Below are positions 26,927 to 35,509 of a stretch of DNA of 64,000 nucleotides, piece by piece (the stretch's first letter is position 1; each line of letters opens with the position of its first letter). The stretch lies in NCBI GenBank assembly GCA_963768655.1, contig CAVYIM010000005.1, positions 448,001-512,000 of the forward strand, given 5' to 3'. The DNA is from an uncultured Chloroflexia bacterium. Its GTDB lineage: Bacteria > Chloroflexota > Limnocylindria > Limnocylindrales > CSP1-4. A program made the position numbers and the translations under genes. The notes beneath the pieces were generated by a model. That model had not been told where the DNA came from. It worked only from the letters and a program-made list of their open reading frames with translations, and made no database searches.

Positions 26927-27002
26927 GCGCCCGTAGCTCAGTGGATAGAGCGTCAGGTTGCGGACCTGAAGGCCGTGGGTTCGAGTCCCGCCGGGCGCGC
27001 CA
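26927..27002 (+). tRNA. tRNA-Arg(GCG)
   Basis: 76-nt cloverleaf GCGCCCG...CGGGCGC-G-CCA; anticodon arm TCAGG-TTGCGGA-CCTGA (anticodon 26960-26962); Arg-type D-loop AGTGGATA. Confidence 0.94.
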
Positions 27003-27090
27003 ACATCCGAACGCGAAGCGACTCCCAGGAGCCCTCGGTGTCGTGCGGTTTCACGCTCCGGATGCCCGCGCCGCGCGTGCCGCGGGCCCT

Positions 27091-27336
27091 CTACCCTCTG
27101 TGGATCAGCCGGCGGAGCATACCGACACCGTGGCCCTCATGCGCCGGCTCGGGGAGCGCTTCGTCCTTACCCACGATCTCATCGATCGGGCCCGGCGGCA
27201 TCTTCCACTCGTCCTCGGGCTCGGGCTTGACCGGGCCCAGCTCGTCGCTCAGGGTCCGCATCGGCCCGGGGGCCAGCATCTCCGTCGCAAGGAACCTGCC
27301 AGCGTTTCTCTCGGCGGTTCGCTTTGGGTCGCTCAT
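27091..27336 (-). CDS. hypothetical 81-aa acidic Pro-rich protein (paralog 2)
   Basis: GGAGG RBS; colinear with the adjacent paralog (RTAExNAG, PEDEWK.P.GP.DEI, GHGVG.L.RLIHRG). Confidence 0.75.
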   Translation of the reverse strand: MSDPKRTAERNAGRFLATEMLAPGPMRTLSDELGPVKPEPEDEWKMPPGPIDEIVGKDEALPEPAHEGHGVGMLRRLIHRG

Positions 27337-27481
27337 CGCGATACGTCCTCCAAGCAAGCGGGCGGACGGCCGTCGGCGTTCTCCATGCTCGACGCAGGCG
27401 CCGCGGCCGAGGCGCGAGGATGCGTCTGGACCGGGTGAACTCGGCTCACCTGACGTCGAGGCAGGGCAACCCCGGCCGGGG

Positions 27482-27727
27482 TCAGCCTCTATGGATCAGG
27501 CGGTGGAGCAGCCCGACCCCGTGGCCGGCGGCGGCCGGCTCGGGAACCGCTTCGGCGTGGCCTGCGATCTCATCGACGGGGCCCGTCGGGATCTTCCACT
27601 CGTCTTCCGGCCCGGGATCACCCGGCCCCACATGCAGAGTGTTCGTCGGCATCGGGACCAGCCCCACCCCTACGTCCCCGAGGAACGCACCGGCATTCTG
27701 CTCGGCGGTTCGTATCGGCTCGCTCAT
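27482..27727 (-). CDS. hypothetical 81-aa acidic Pro-rich protein (paralog 1)
   Basis: GGAGG RBS, upstream TGcTACGTT extended -10-like element; frame-preserving similarity to 27091-27336. Confidence 0.75.
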   Translation of the reverse strand: MSEPIRTAEQNAGAFLGDVGVGLVPMPTNTLHVGPGDPGPEDEWKIPTGPVDEIAGHAEAVPEPAAAGHGVGLLHRLIHRG

Positions 27728-27850
27728 CGACACATCCTCCACCGGAATGGGCGGGCGCTTGCCGTCGGCATTCTTCGAGCTCAACGTAGCACCGCGGTCA
27801 ACGACCGAGACAGCCGCCGTTCTACGCCGGCGCCGGCGGGTCGATTCGAT

Positions 27851-27879
27851 TTGACACCGCGCTCGTAGCCCGCTACTGT
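27851..27879 (+). promoter_or_regulatory. sigma70-type promoter of the aro operon
   Basis: TTGACA-17 nt-TACTGT. Confidence 0.8.
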
Positions 27880-27892
27880 CGCGGACACTGAC

Positions 27893-27931
27893 ATGGAACA
27901 GACCTTCTACTTTTACCGCAACCCGGCATGA
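27893..27931 (+). CDS. attenuator leader peptide MEQTFYFYRNPA
   Basis: 12-codon ORF with consecutive Phe-Tyr-Phe-Tyr codons, lying between the promoter and the terminator upstream of DAHP synthase. Confidence 0.82.
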   Translation: MEQTFYFYRNPA

Positions 27932-27975
27932 CCGTTCCCGGAGCCTAGGCCCGGGATCGCGGGTCGTGCCGGGTG

Positions 27976-28002
27976 AAGCAGAGGCAGCGCCTCTGCTTTT
28001 TT
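27976..28002 (+). terminator. intrinsic terminator (attenuator) upstream of aroF
   Basis: AAGCAGAGGC-AGC-GCCTCTGCTT perfect stem followed by a T run. Confidence 0.88.
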
Positions 28003-28051
28003 GTTGCCCGACCAGACCCCGCCGGCAGGCCCCCATTCAGAGGACCGCCCG

Positions 28052-29128
28052 ATGATCGTAGTGATGTCCGTAGGAGCAACCGAACAAGAGGCCAATGACG
28101 TCCGCGACCTCGTCAAGGCCGCCGGGCTGACACCGCATGACAATTACGGCACGCAGCGAGTTGTGATCGCCGTGCTGGGCGACGTAGGGCCGCAGAGGGA
28201 CCATCTGATGAGCAAGCTGAACCTGATGCCCGGCGTCGAATCGGTGACGCCCATCAGTCGCCCTTACAAGCTGGCGTCTCGGGAATCCCACCCCGAAGAC
28301 ACGGTCATCGAAGTCCCCGGCGCCAGAATCGGCAACGGCACGCTGACGATCATGGCCGGCCCGTGTTCGGTCGAGAACCGCGACATGATGATCGCGACGG
28401 CACGGGCGGTAGCCGCGGCCGGAGCCACGATCCTGCGTGGCGGCGCGTTCAAGCCGCGCACCAGCCCTTACGCCTTCCAGGGCCTGGGAGTCGAGGGCCT
28501 CGGATACCTGCAGGAAGCCGGCAAGGAGGCGGGCCTGCCCACGATCACCGAGGTGATGGAGCCGGGCCAGGTCGAGGTCGTGGCCAGGCACGCGGACATC
28601 CTCCAGGTCGGCACCCGCAACATGCAGAACTACTCCCTCCTGACGGCCGTGGGCAAGGCCGGCAAGCCGGTCATGCTGAAGCGCGGCTATGGGGCGACGA
28701 TCGAGGAGTGGCTCATGGCGGCCGAGTACATCGTCTCGTCGGGGCAGCCCAACGTCATCCTGTGCGAGCGCGGCATCCGAACCTTCGAGACGTACACGCG
28801 CAACACGCTCGACCTGACGGCCGTGCCGCTCCTCCACCACTTGACCCACCTGCCGGTCATCGTCGACCCGTCCCATGCCACCGGGAAGCGCTGGCTGGTG
28901 CGGCCGATGGCCATGGCAGCGGTGGCCGCCGGCGCGGACGGCATCATGGTCGAGGTCCATCCGAGTCCGGATGAGGCTCTGTCAGACGGCGAGCAGTCGC
29001 TCACCTTCGACCAGTTCACGGACATGGCGAGCGCGCTCAAGAAGATCCACGAGGAGGTTCGAACCCTCATCAAGGATCCCTTCGCCATGACCGGCCCGGT
29101 CCGCGTCGACGGCGTAAGCCGGCACTGA
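28052..29128 (+). CDS. aroF: DAHP synthase type I-beta with N-terminal regulatory domain
   Basis: [46 protein letters not shown]. Confidence 0.96.
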   Translation: MIVVMSVGATEQEANDVRDLVKAAGLTPHDNYGTQRVVIAVLGDVGPQRDHLMSKLNLMPGVESVTPISRPYKLASRESHPEDTVIEVPGARIGNGTLTIMAGPCSVENRDMMIATARAVAAAGATILRGGAFKPRTSPYAFQGLGVEGLGYLQEAGKEAGLPTITEVMEPGQVEVVARHADILQVGTRNMQNYSLLTAVGKAGKPVMLKRGYGATIEEWLMAAEYIVSSGQPNVILCERGIRTFETYTRNTLDLTAVPLLHHLTHLPVIVDPSHATGKRWLVRPMAMAAVAAGADGIMVEVHPSPDEALSDGEQSLTFDQFTDMASALKKIHEEVRTLIKDPFAMTGPVRVDGVSRH

Positions 29129-29132
29129 CCTC

Positions 29133-30515
29133 ATGAGGACCTCGCCGCTCCGAGGGGAGCAGCCCCGTTCTGTCCAGCCTGCCGAGCGCCTGCGCGGCGA
29201 GCCCCGGCTGCCCGGCGACAAGTCGATCTCACACCGGGCGCTGATCATGGCCGCGCTGGCCGATGGGCCGAGCGAGATCACCGGGGCGGGCGACGGCCGC
29301 GACGTCGCGGCCACGGCCGGGATCGTTGCCGCGCTCGGGGCGAGCGTGGAGCGGGTTCGCGAGGACGGCCTCAACGTCGACTACCGGGTGGTCTCACCGG
29401 GCGTGGACGGGCTCCACGAAGCCGACGGCGTGCTCGACTGCCGCAACTCCGGCACGAGCCTGCGACTGTGCTCCGGAATGCTGGCCGGCCTGCCCTTCTT
29501 CTCCGTCCTGGACGGGGATGCTTCATTGCGGAGCCGTCCGGTGGCCCGTATCATCGAGCCGCTGCGCTCGATGGGCGCAGACTTGCGCGCACGTCGATCC
29601 GATTCCCTTCCACCGCTGGTCGTCATCGGTCGCTCGCAGTTGCGGGCGATCGATTTTGAGACCCGCGTACCGAGCGCTCAGGTCAAGTCGGCGATCCTGC
29701 TGGCGGGCCTGCGCGCCGAGGGGCGAACGACGGTGCGCGAGGCTGTTGCCACGCGGGACCACACCGAGCGGATGCTTCGTTCGCGCGGCGTCGAGGTCCG
29801 GCGTGTGTCGGAGGATGAGTCTGGAGGCGGACCGGTGGCCTGGACGCTGGAGGGTGGAGCGCGGCTTTCCCCGCTCGACGAGCGCGTCCCGGGCGATCCC
29901 TCGGCCGCGGCCTTCTGGCTCGTGGCCGGGGCGATCCATCCGGACGCGGCCCTGACGCTGCGGGGCGTAGGTGTAAACCCTACCCGTCGGGCGGCGATCG
30001 ACTTACTGGTCCGAATGGGCGCACGGATCGAGGAGACGGCGGTCGGCCGGGCTGACGGCGCGGCCGTCCCGCCCCCAGGCGACGCCGGCGAGCCGCTGGC
30101 CGACCTGACGGTCCGATCGAGCGAGCTCACGGCCATCGACCTCGGGCCGGCGGACGTGGCCGCGGCCATCGACGAGATACCGATCCTCTGCCTGGCCGCC
30201 ACGCAGGCCCGTGGCACGACCACGATCCGTGGCGCCGGGGAGCTGCGCAACAAGGAATCCGACCGCATCGCGGGCATCGCCGCCGGCCTGACCGCTCTCG
30301 GAGCGCGGATCGCCGTCAGCGACGACGACATCGCCATCACCGGCCCCACGCCGCTGGTGGGGGCCGCCACCGAGACCCTCGACGACCACCGGCTGGCGAT
30401 GACCTTCGCCGTGGCCGGCCTGATCGCCCGAGGCAAGACGACCATCGACGTGGCCGAGAGCGCCGCCGTCTCGTACCCGAGCTTCTTCCTCGAACTCGAA
30501 AGGCTGAGAGCATGA
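29133..30515 (+). CDS. aroA: EPSP synthase
   Basis: PGDKSISHRAL, NSGTSLR, SAQVKSA, RDHTERML, KESDRI, DHRLAM. Confidence 0.97.
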   Translation: MRTSPLRGEQPRSVQPAERLRGEPRLPGDKSISHRALIMAALADGPSEITGAGDGRDVAATAGIVAALGASVERVREDGLNVDYRVVSPGVDGLHEADGVLDCRNSGTSLRLCSGMLAGLPFFSVLDGDASLRSRPVARIIEPLRSMGADLRARRSDSLPPLVVIGRSQLRAIDFETRVPSAQVKSAILLAGLRAEGRTTVREAVATRDHTERMLRSRGVEVRRVSEDESGGGPVAWTLEGGARLSPLDERVPGDPSAAAFWLVAGAIHPDAALTLRGVGVNPTRRAAIDLLVRMGARIEETAVGRADGAAVPPPGDAGEPLADLTVRSSELTAIDLGPADVAAAIDEIPILCLAATQARGTTTIRGAGELRNKESDRIAGIAAGLTALGARIAVSDDDIAITGPTPLVGAATETLDDHRLAMTFAVAGLIARGKTTIDVAESAAVSYPSFFLELERLRA

Positions 30516-31414
30516 CCAATCGCGTCGTCCTGATCGGCCACCCGGTCGCCCACTCGTTCTCGGGAGGGATGCAGCAGGCTGCCCTCGATGCCCTCGAAAT
30601 CGACGCCCGCTACGAGCTGTGGGACCGCCGGCCGCTTGACCTCGTCGACGCCATCGCCGAGCTGCGCGGCGACGACTTCCTGGGAGCGAACATCACGATC
30701 CCCCACAAGGAGCATGTCGTCCCCCTCGTGGACAAGCTCTCCGAGGAAGCGGCGGCCATCGGTGCCGTCAACGTGATCGCCCGCGACGGCAAGAAGCTCG
30801 TCGGCCACAACACCGACGTGGCCGGGTTCAAGTCGGCCCTCGACAAGATCGTCGGCCGTCAGAAGATGCCGCGCCACGCCGTCGTCCTCGGCGCCGGCGG
30901 CGCCGCCCGAGCGGTCGTGTACGCGCTGATCACCGAGGGATTCCAGCGTGTCGTGGTCTTCAATCGTCACCTCCACCGCGCCGAAGGGATGGTCCGGCAT
31001 TTCGGCCGGAGCGCCTCGCACATGGATCTGCACGCGATGCCCTGGCACGAGTCGGTTCTCGAGGCGGAGCTGGCCAAGACCAGGCTCCTGGTCAACGCCA
31101 CTTCCATCGGCCTGGTCCCGACCGAGACGCCGATCCCGGCCGAACTCCTGCCGGCCGACCTGCTGGTGATGGATCTGGTCTACAACCCGCCCCAGTCGCA
31201 GCTCCTGCGGGACGCCACGGCGGCGGGCTGCACCACGTTGAACGGCGAACACATGCTGCTCCATCAGGGCGCGTGCTCTTTCGAGCTGTGGACGGGCAAA
31301 ACCGCCCCGCTCGAGGTCATGCAGGCGGAACTCGATCGCGCCCGCGAACACGGTCTGCGCCAGATGCCGATCGACATGGGTCCGGCCGGCGAGGCCGGCC
31401 CGGCCGCGGGCTAG
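30512..31414 (+). CDS. aroE: shikimate dehydrogenase
   Basis: GHPVAHS, GANITIPHK, GHNTD, GAGGAARA, NATSIG, DLVYNP. Confidence 0.95.
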   Translation: MTNRVVLIGHPVAHSFSGGMQQAALDALEIDARYELWDRRPLDLVDAIAELRGDDFLGANITIPHKEHVVPLVDKLSEEAAAIGAVNVIARDGKKLVGHNTDVAGFKSALDKIVGRQKMPRHAVVLGAGGAARAVVYALITEGFQRVVVFNRHLHRAEGMVRHFGRSASHMDLHAMPWHESVLEAELAKTRLLVNATSIGLVPTETPIPAELLPADLLVMDLVYNPPQSQLLRDATAAGCTTLNGEHMLLHQGACSFELWTGKTAPLEVMQAELDRAREHGLRQMPIDMGPAGEAGPAAG

Positions 31415-31432
31415 GAAGGCCGGGCACCGGAG

Positions 31433-32719
31433 ATGGGCAGACTCCGCTTCCTGACCGCCGGGGAGTCGCACGGCCCTGCCCTCGCCGCGACGTTGGAGGG
31501 CATTCCCGCCGGGCTACCCATGACCGCGGACCAGATCGCGCTCGACCTGGCCCGGCGCCAGCGCGGCTACGGCCGCGGCGCACGCAGCACCAGCATCGAG
31601 CAGGACCGGGCCGAGATCCTGGCCGGCATCCGCCACGGGCTCACGATCGGGTCGCCGATCCTCTTGCTCATCCGCAATCGCGACTGGGACAACTGGACCC
31701 GGGTGATGGCGGTCGAGCCGTTGACGGACGAGGGGGCCGCCGAGCTGGCCCGGCTCGCGGAGGCGGGCGACAAGCGCGCCGCTCCGATAACGCGGCTGCG
31801 CGCCGGGCACGCGGATCTGGCCGGAGCGACGAAATACGGCTTCGAAGATGTGCGCAACGTCCTGGAGCGTGCCTCGGCTCGGGAGACGGCGGCCCGGGTC
31901 GCGGCGGGAGCGGTGGCGCGGGCCCTGCTCGCCGGCCTCGGCATCGACGTGTGGTCCCACACCGTCGAGGTGGGCGGAGTGGCGATTGAGCGTGCCTGCG
32001 CGACCCGCACGCGCGAGGAAGCGGAGGCGAGCCCGCTGCGCTGCCTCGACCCCGAGGCGGAGATACGAATGGTGGCGCGCATCGATGAGGCGCGCCAGGC
32101 CGGCGACACCGTAGGCGGCATCTTCGAGGTCGTGGCCGATGGCGTTCCGATGGGTCTGGGCAGCCACGTGCACTGGGACCGGCGCCTGGACGGCGCCCTC
32201 GCCGGCGCGGTCACGAGCATCCCGATCGTCAAGGGCGTGGAGTTCGGCCTTGGCTTCGCGCAGACGCGTCTGTTCGGGTCGGCGGTCCAGGACGTGATCC
32301 TGGGTCGCGACGCCGGCGGTGCCTGGCTCCGGCGCACGAACAACGCCGGCGGTCTCGAAGGCGGCATCTCCAACGGCGGGCCGATCGTCATCCGGGGCGC
32401 CGTGAAGCCGATCTCAACTCTGCCGCGGCCGCTCCCGTCGGCGGACCTGATCAGCGGCGAGCCCGTGGAGAAGGCCCACTACGAGCGCAGCGACATCAGC
32501 GTGGTGCCGGCCACCGGGGTCGTGGCCGAAGCGATGGTCTGCCTGACGCTGGCCGATTTCGCGCTCGACAAGTTCGGCGGCAATTCGATGGCGGAGCTGC
32601 TGGACAACGCCGCGCGCTACCGGGCCCGGATCGCCGGGGACGGTGGCCCGATCCGGCGCCCTGGCGCCGCGGCCCCGCGCGACGCCGCCGGCCGCGGGGC
32701 CCCGGCCGGGAGCGAGTAG
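31433..32719 (+). CDS. aroC: chorismate synthase
   Basis: [44 protein letters not shown]. Confidence 0.97.
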   Translation: MGRLRFLTAGESHGPALAATLEGIPAGLPMTADQIALDLARRQRGYGRGARSTSIEQDRAEILAGIRHGLTIGSPILLLIRNRDWDNWTRVMAVEPLTDEGAAELARLAEAGDKRAAPITRLRAGHADLAGATKYGFEDVRNVLERASARETAARVAAGAVARALLAGLGIDVWSHTVEVGGVAIERACATRTREEAEASPLRCLDPEAEIRMVARIDEARQAGDTVGGIFEVVADGVPMGLGSHVHWDRRLDGALAGAVTSIPIVKGVEFGLGFAQTRLFGSAVQDVILGRDAGGAWLRRTNNAGGLEGGISNGGPIVIRGAVKPISTLPRPLPSADLISGEPVEKAHYERSDISVVPATGVVAEAMVCLTLADFALDKFGGNSMAELLDNAARYRARIAGDGGPIRRPGAAAPRDAAGRGAPAGSE

Positions 32720-32722
32720 ACC

Positions 32723-34405
32723 GTGGATCTGGTCCTGGTCGGCCTGCCCGGCAGCGGCAAGAGCGCCGTGGGCAGGCGGCTCGCCGCGCGGCACGGCGCC
32801 ACCTTCGTCGACCTCGACGATCTGATCGAGCGCCGCGTCGGCCGGCCCGTGGCCGCCATCTTCGCCGACGAGGGCGAGGACGCCTTCCGGCGCTACGAAC
32901 GAGAAGCCATCGTCTCGCTCGGACCGGCCGATCCGGACGCCCGGCTGCGCCGGGTCATCGCCACGGGCGGCGGCGCGGTCATCGACCCGCGCAACCGCTG
33001 GCTGCTGTATCGCGGCCGCTTCCCGGTCTGGCTGCACGCCTCGCCCGAAGTGCTCGGCCACCGCCTGGGGCGGAGCCCGAACGTCCGCCCTCTCATCTCC
33101 GGCCGCGATCCCGCGGTCGCGATTCGAGAGCTTGCGCTCGCCCGAGAGCGCTTCTACTCGCCGGCCTTGCAGGTCGGCACGACATCCCCGATCAACGCCA
33201 TCGTCGGCGCCCTGGAGCACCAGATGGCCGGCGGCCCGACCAATTCCGTGATGCTCCTTCGCGCCGATACCTCGATCGGCCGGGTGGAGATCGGCCATGG
33301 CATCGCCGCCTCCGCGATCTCCGGGGCGCTGCGCCGGCAGCATGCCCGCCGCGCCATCCTGCTCGCCGAACCGCGGACCTGGGAGGTCGCCGCCGCCGGG
33401 ATCGCCGCCGCGCTGGCCGCGGACGGCTGGCCGGTCGAGCGCGTCCTTCTGCCGCGCGGTGAGAACGCCAAGCGCCTGCGGGTCGTGGGCCAGGCCTGCC
33501 GCGAGCTTGCCCGTCTCCACGTCGATCGGCGCGAGACGCTGGTCGCCATCGGCGGCGGTGCGCTCACCGACGCGGCCGGGTTCGTCGCCGCCGTGTACCT
33601 CCGCGGCGTGCCGATCGTCCAGGTGCCCACGACGCTGGTCGGCCAGATCGACGCGGCGCTGGGCGGCAAGACGGCCGTGGACCTGCCGGAGGGCAAGAAT
33701 CTCGTCGGCGCGTTCCACCAGCCCGTGGCCTTCGTGGCCGACGTGTCGCTCCTGGCAACGCTGCCGCCGAGACAGCTTCGAGCGGCTCTGGGGGAGGCCG
33801 TCAAGATGGGCGCCCTTGGCGACGACCGTCTGCTGGAGCTCATCGAGGAAGACGGCGAAATGATCGCGTGCGGCGAGCGGCGGCCGTTCGAGTCGGGCAG
33901 CCTGGCCGAGCTGGTCGAGCGGTGCGTCTGGGCCAAGGTCGAAGTCGCCAGCGCCGACGAGCGCGAGTCGGGCCCGCGGATGACGCTCAACCTGGGCCAC
34001 ACCATCGGCCACGGTATCGAAGCGGCCGCGGGCTACAGCAGGATCCTCCACGGCGAGGCGGTTGCCTACGGACTGCGCGGAGCCTTCGCCATCTCCCGAG
34101 CCCTCGACATCACGCCGCCCGAGCGCGCTCGGCGTGTCATCGCCCTGCTGGATCGGCTCGGGCTGGGAGTGGAGCCGCCGCCGGTTTCGCCGGAGTCCGT
34201 CGCCGAGCACATGGCCACTGACAAGAAGCACGCTCTCGGCCGCCTGAGCTGGGTCCTGCCGACCGCAACCGGCGTCGTCATTCGCTCGGACGTGCCCGCC
34301 GAGGCGGTCGCGGCGGGACTCGCGGCCGCCCTCCGACTCCCGCGCAGGGACGCCGCCGTGACCTCGAGCGTGGCCGCGCCCGCGGAGGCTGCGGTTCGAT
34401 CATGA
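32723..34405 (+). CDS. aroKB: shikimate kinase / 3-dehydroquinate synthase fusion
   Basis: GLPGSGKS and ATGGG (AroK), then GGGALTD, PTTLVGQIDAALGGKT and LNLGHTIGH (AroB). Confidence 0.95.
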   Translation: MDLVLVGLPGSGKSAVGRRLAARHGATFVDLDDLIERRVGRPVAAIFADEGEDAFRRYEREAIVSLGPADPDARLRRVIATGGGAVIDPRNRWLLYRGRFPVWLHASPEVLGHRLGRSPNVRPLISGRDPAVAIRELALARERFYSPALQVGTTSPINAIVGALEHQMAGGPTNSVMLLRADTSIGRVEIGHGIAASAISGALRRQHARRAILLAEPRTWEVAAAGIAAALAADGWPVERVLLPRGENAKRLRVVGQACRELARLHVDRRETLVAIGGGALTDAAGFVAAVYLRGVPIVQVPTTLVGQIDAALGGKTAVDLPEGKNLVGAFHQPVAFVADVSLLATLPPRQLRAALGEAVKMGALGDDRLLELIEEDGEMIACGERRPFESGSLAELVERCVWAKVEVASADERESGPRMTLNLGHTIGHGIEAAAGYSRILHGEAVAYGLRGAFAISRALDITPPERARRVIALLDRLGLGVEPPPVSPESVAEHMATDKKHALGRLSWVLPTATGVVIRSDVPAEAVAAGLAAALRLPRRDAAVTSSVAAPAEAAVRS

Positions 34406-34875
34406 CTCGCGTCCTCGTGCTCAACGGCCCGAACCTGAACCTGCTCGGCACTCGCGAACCCGAGATCTACGGCCGCACGACGCTGGCCGAGATCGACGAG
34501 CAGCTGGTTCGACGGGGCGCCGAACTCGGCCTGACGGTCGAGACCTTCCAGTCGAACCATGAGGGCGTCCTGATCGACCGCCTCCACCGGCGCGACTTCG
34601 ACTGGGCGATCGTGAACGCCGGGGGCCTCACCCACACCAGCGTCTCCCTGCGCGACGCTCTGCTCGGAATCGACCGGCCCTTCGTCGAGGTTCACCTCAG
34701 CGACCCGTCCAAGCGAGAGCCGTTCCGGCACGTCAACTTCCTGCAGGACATCGCCGCGCAGCGGATCGTCGGTCGGGGCGCGGCCGGGTACACCGCCGCG
34801 CTCGAGTTCATCGCCCATCGCCTGGGCGGCGCCCGCGATGCAGACGACCAGGAGAGAGCGAGGCTCCATGACTGA
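34402..34875 (+). CDS. aroQ: type II 3-dehydroquinate dehydratase
   Basis: LNGPNLNLLGTREPEIYG, QSNHEG, EVHLS, REPFRH. Confidence 0.96.
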   Translation: MTRVLVLNGPNLNLLGTREPEIYGRTTLAEIDEQLVRRGAELGLTVETFQSNHEGVLIDRLHRRDFDWAIVNAGGLTHTSVSLRDALLGIDRPFVEVHLSDPSKREPFRHVNFLQDIAAQRIVGRGAAGYTAALEFIAHRLGGARDADDQERARLHD

Positions 34876-35200
34876 AGGGTCCGGAGGATCGAAGAGTTCC
34901 GCCGAACCGGGCGAGCTCGAGGCGCTGCGATCCCAGATCGACGATCTGGACGCTCAGATCGTCAGGCTGCTCAACCGTCGAGCGCGGCTCGGCCTGCAGG
35001 CGGGGCGGGCGAAGGTCCGCAGCGGCCGCCCCGTCGCCGACTCGGAGCGCGAGCGCGAGGTGCTCGTCAGGGTCGCCATGGCCAACGACGGCCCGTTGCC
35101 GCAGGACGCGATACTGGCGTTGTATCGCCACCTGATCGAGACTATCAAGCGGCTCGAGGAGCTGGAAGGCATCGGGCCGAAAGGTGATTCGAATGGCTGA
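34868..35200 (+). CDS. chorismate mutase (AroQ/CM_2 class)
   Basis: LRSQIDDLDAQIVRLLNRR, D.EREREVL; last enzyme gene of the aro operon. Confidence 0.9.
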   Translation: MTEGSGGSKSSAEPGELEALRSQIDDLDAQIVRLLNRRARLGLQAGRAKVRSGRPVADSEREREVLVRVAMANDGPLPQDAILALYRHLIETIKRLEELEGIGPKGDSNG

Positions 35201-35351
35201 GACCAGGCCTCAGAAGGGCAGGATGCGCAGCTTGACCGTCGCTGCGCTGCTGGGCGTCTTCGTAGTGGCGGCCGTTCTGGCGGTGATCAGCCGGCTCTTG
35301 CCGGGTCGGCTCTCGCGGATCGTGCGTAGGCCGGGCGGCGGCGGCTCGTAG
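35193..35351 (+). CDS. small single-TM protein (52 aa), not in the ORF track
   Basis: MAETRPQKGRMRSLTVAALLGVFVVAAVLAVISRLLPGRLSRIVRRPGGGGS; ATG overlaps the chorismate mutase 3' end; AAAGGTG RBS-like element. Confidence 0.5.
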   Translation: MAETRPQKGRMRSLTVAALLGVFVVAAVLAVISRLLPGRLSRIVRRPGGGGS

Positions 35352-35509
35352 CCGGATCGGGCGTCGCGTTTCGACGATCGCCGGGGCAGCGGTCGCGAAC
35401 GGGAGACTTGCCCGCTCGACCCCGTGGCGAACGCAGATGGTCAAACGTCGCGAAGACTTCTGGGTCACCCCGATACGGAAATGGCCCCTGCCGTCCGACA
35501 CCTTGGAGG

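Noticed and set aside
32723-34405. AroK-AroB fusion (and IspD-IspF fusion at 3491-4828) as novelties
   Set aside because: Both fusions are well known in many bacteria.
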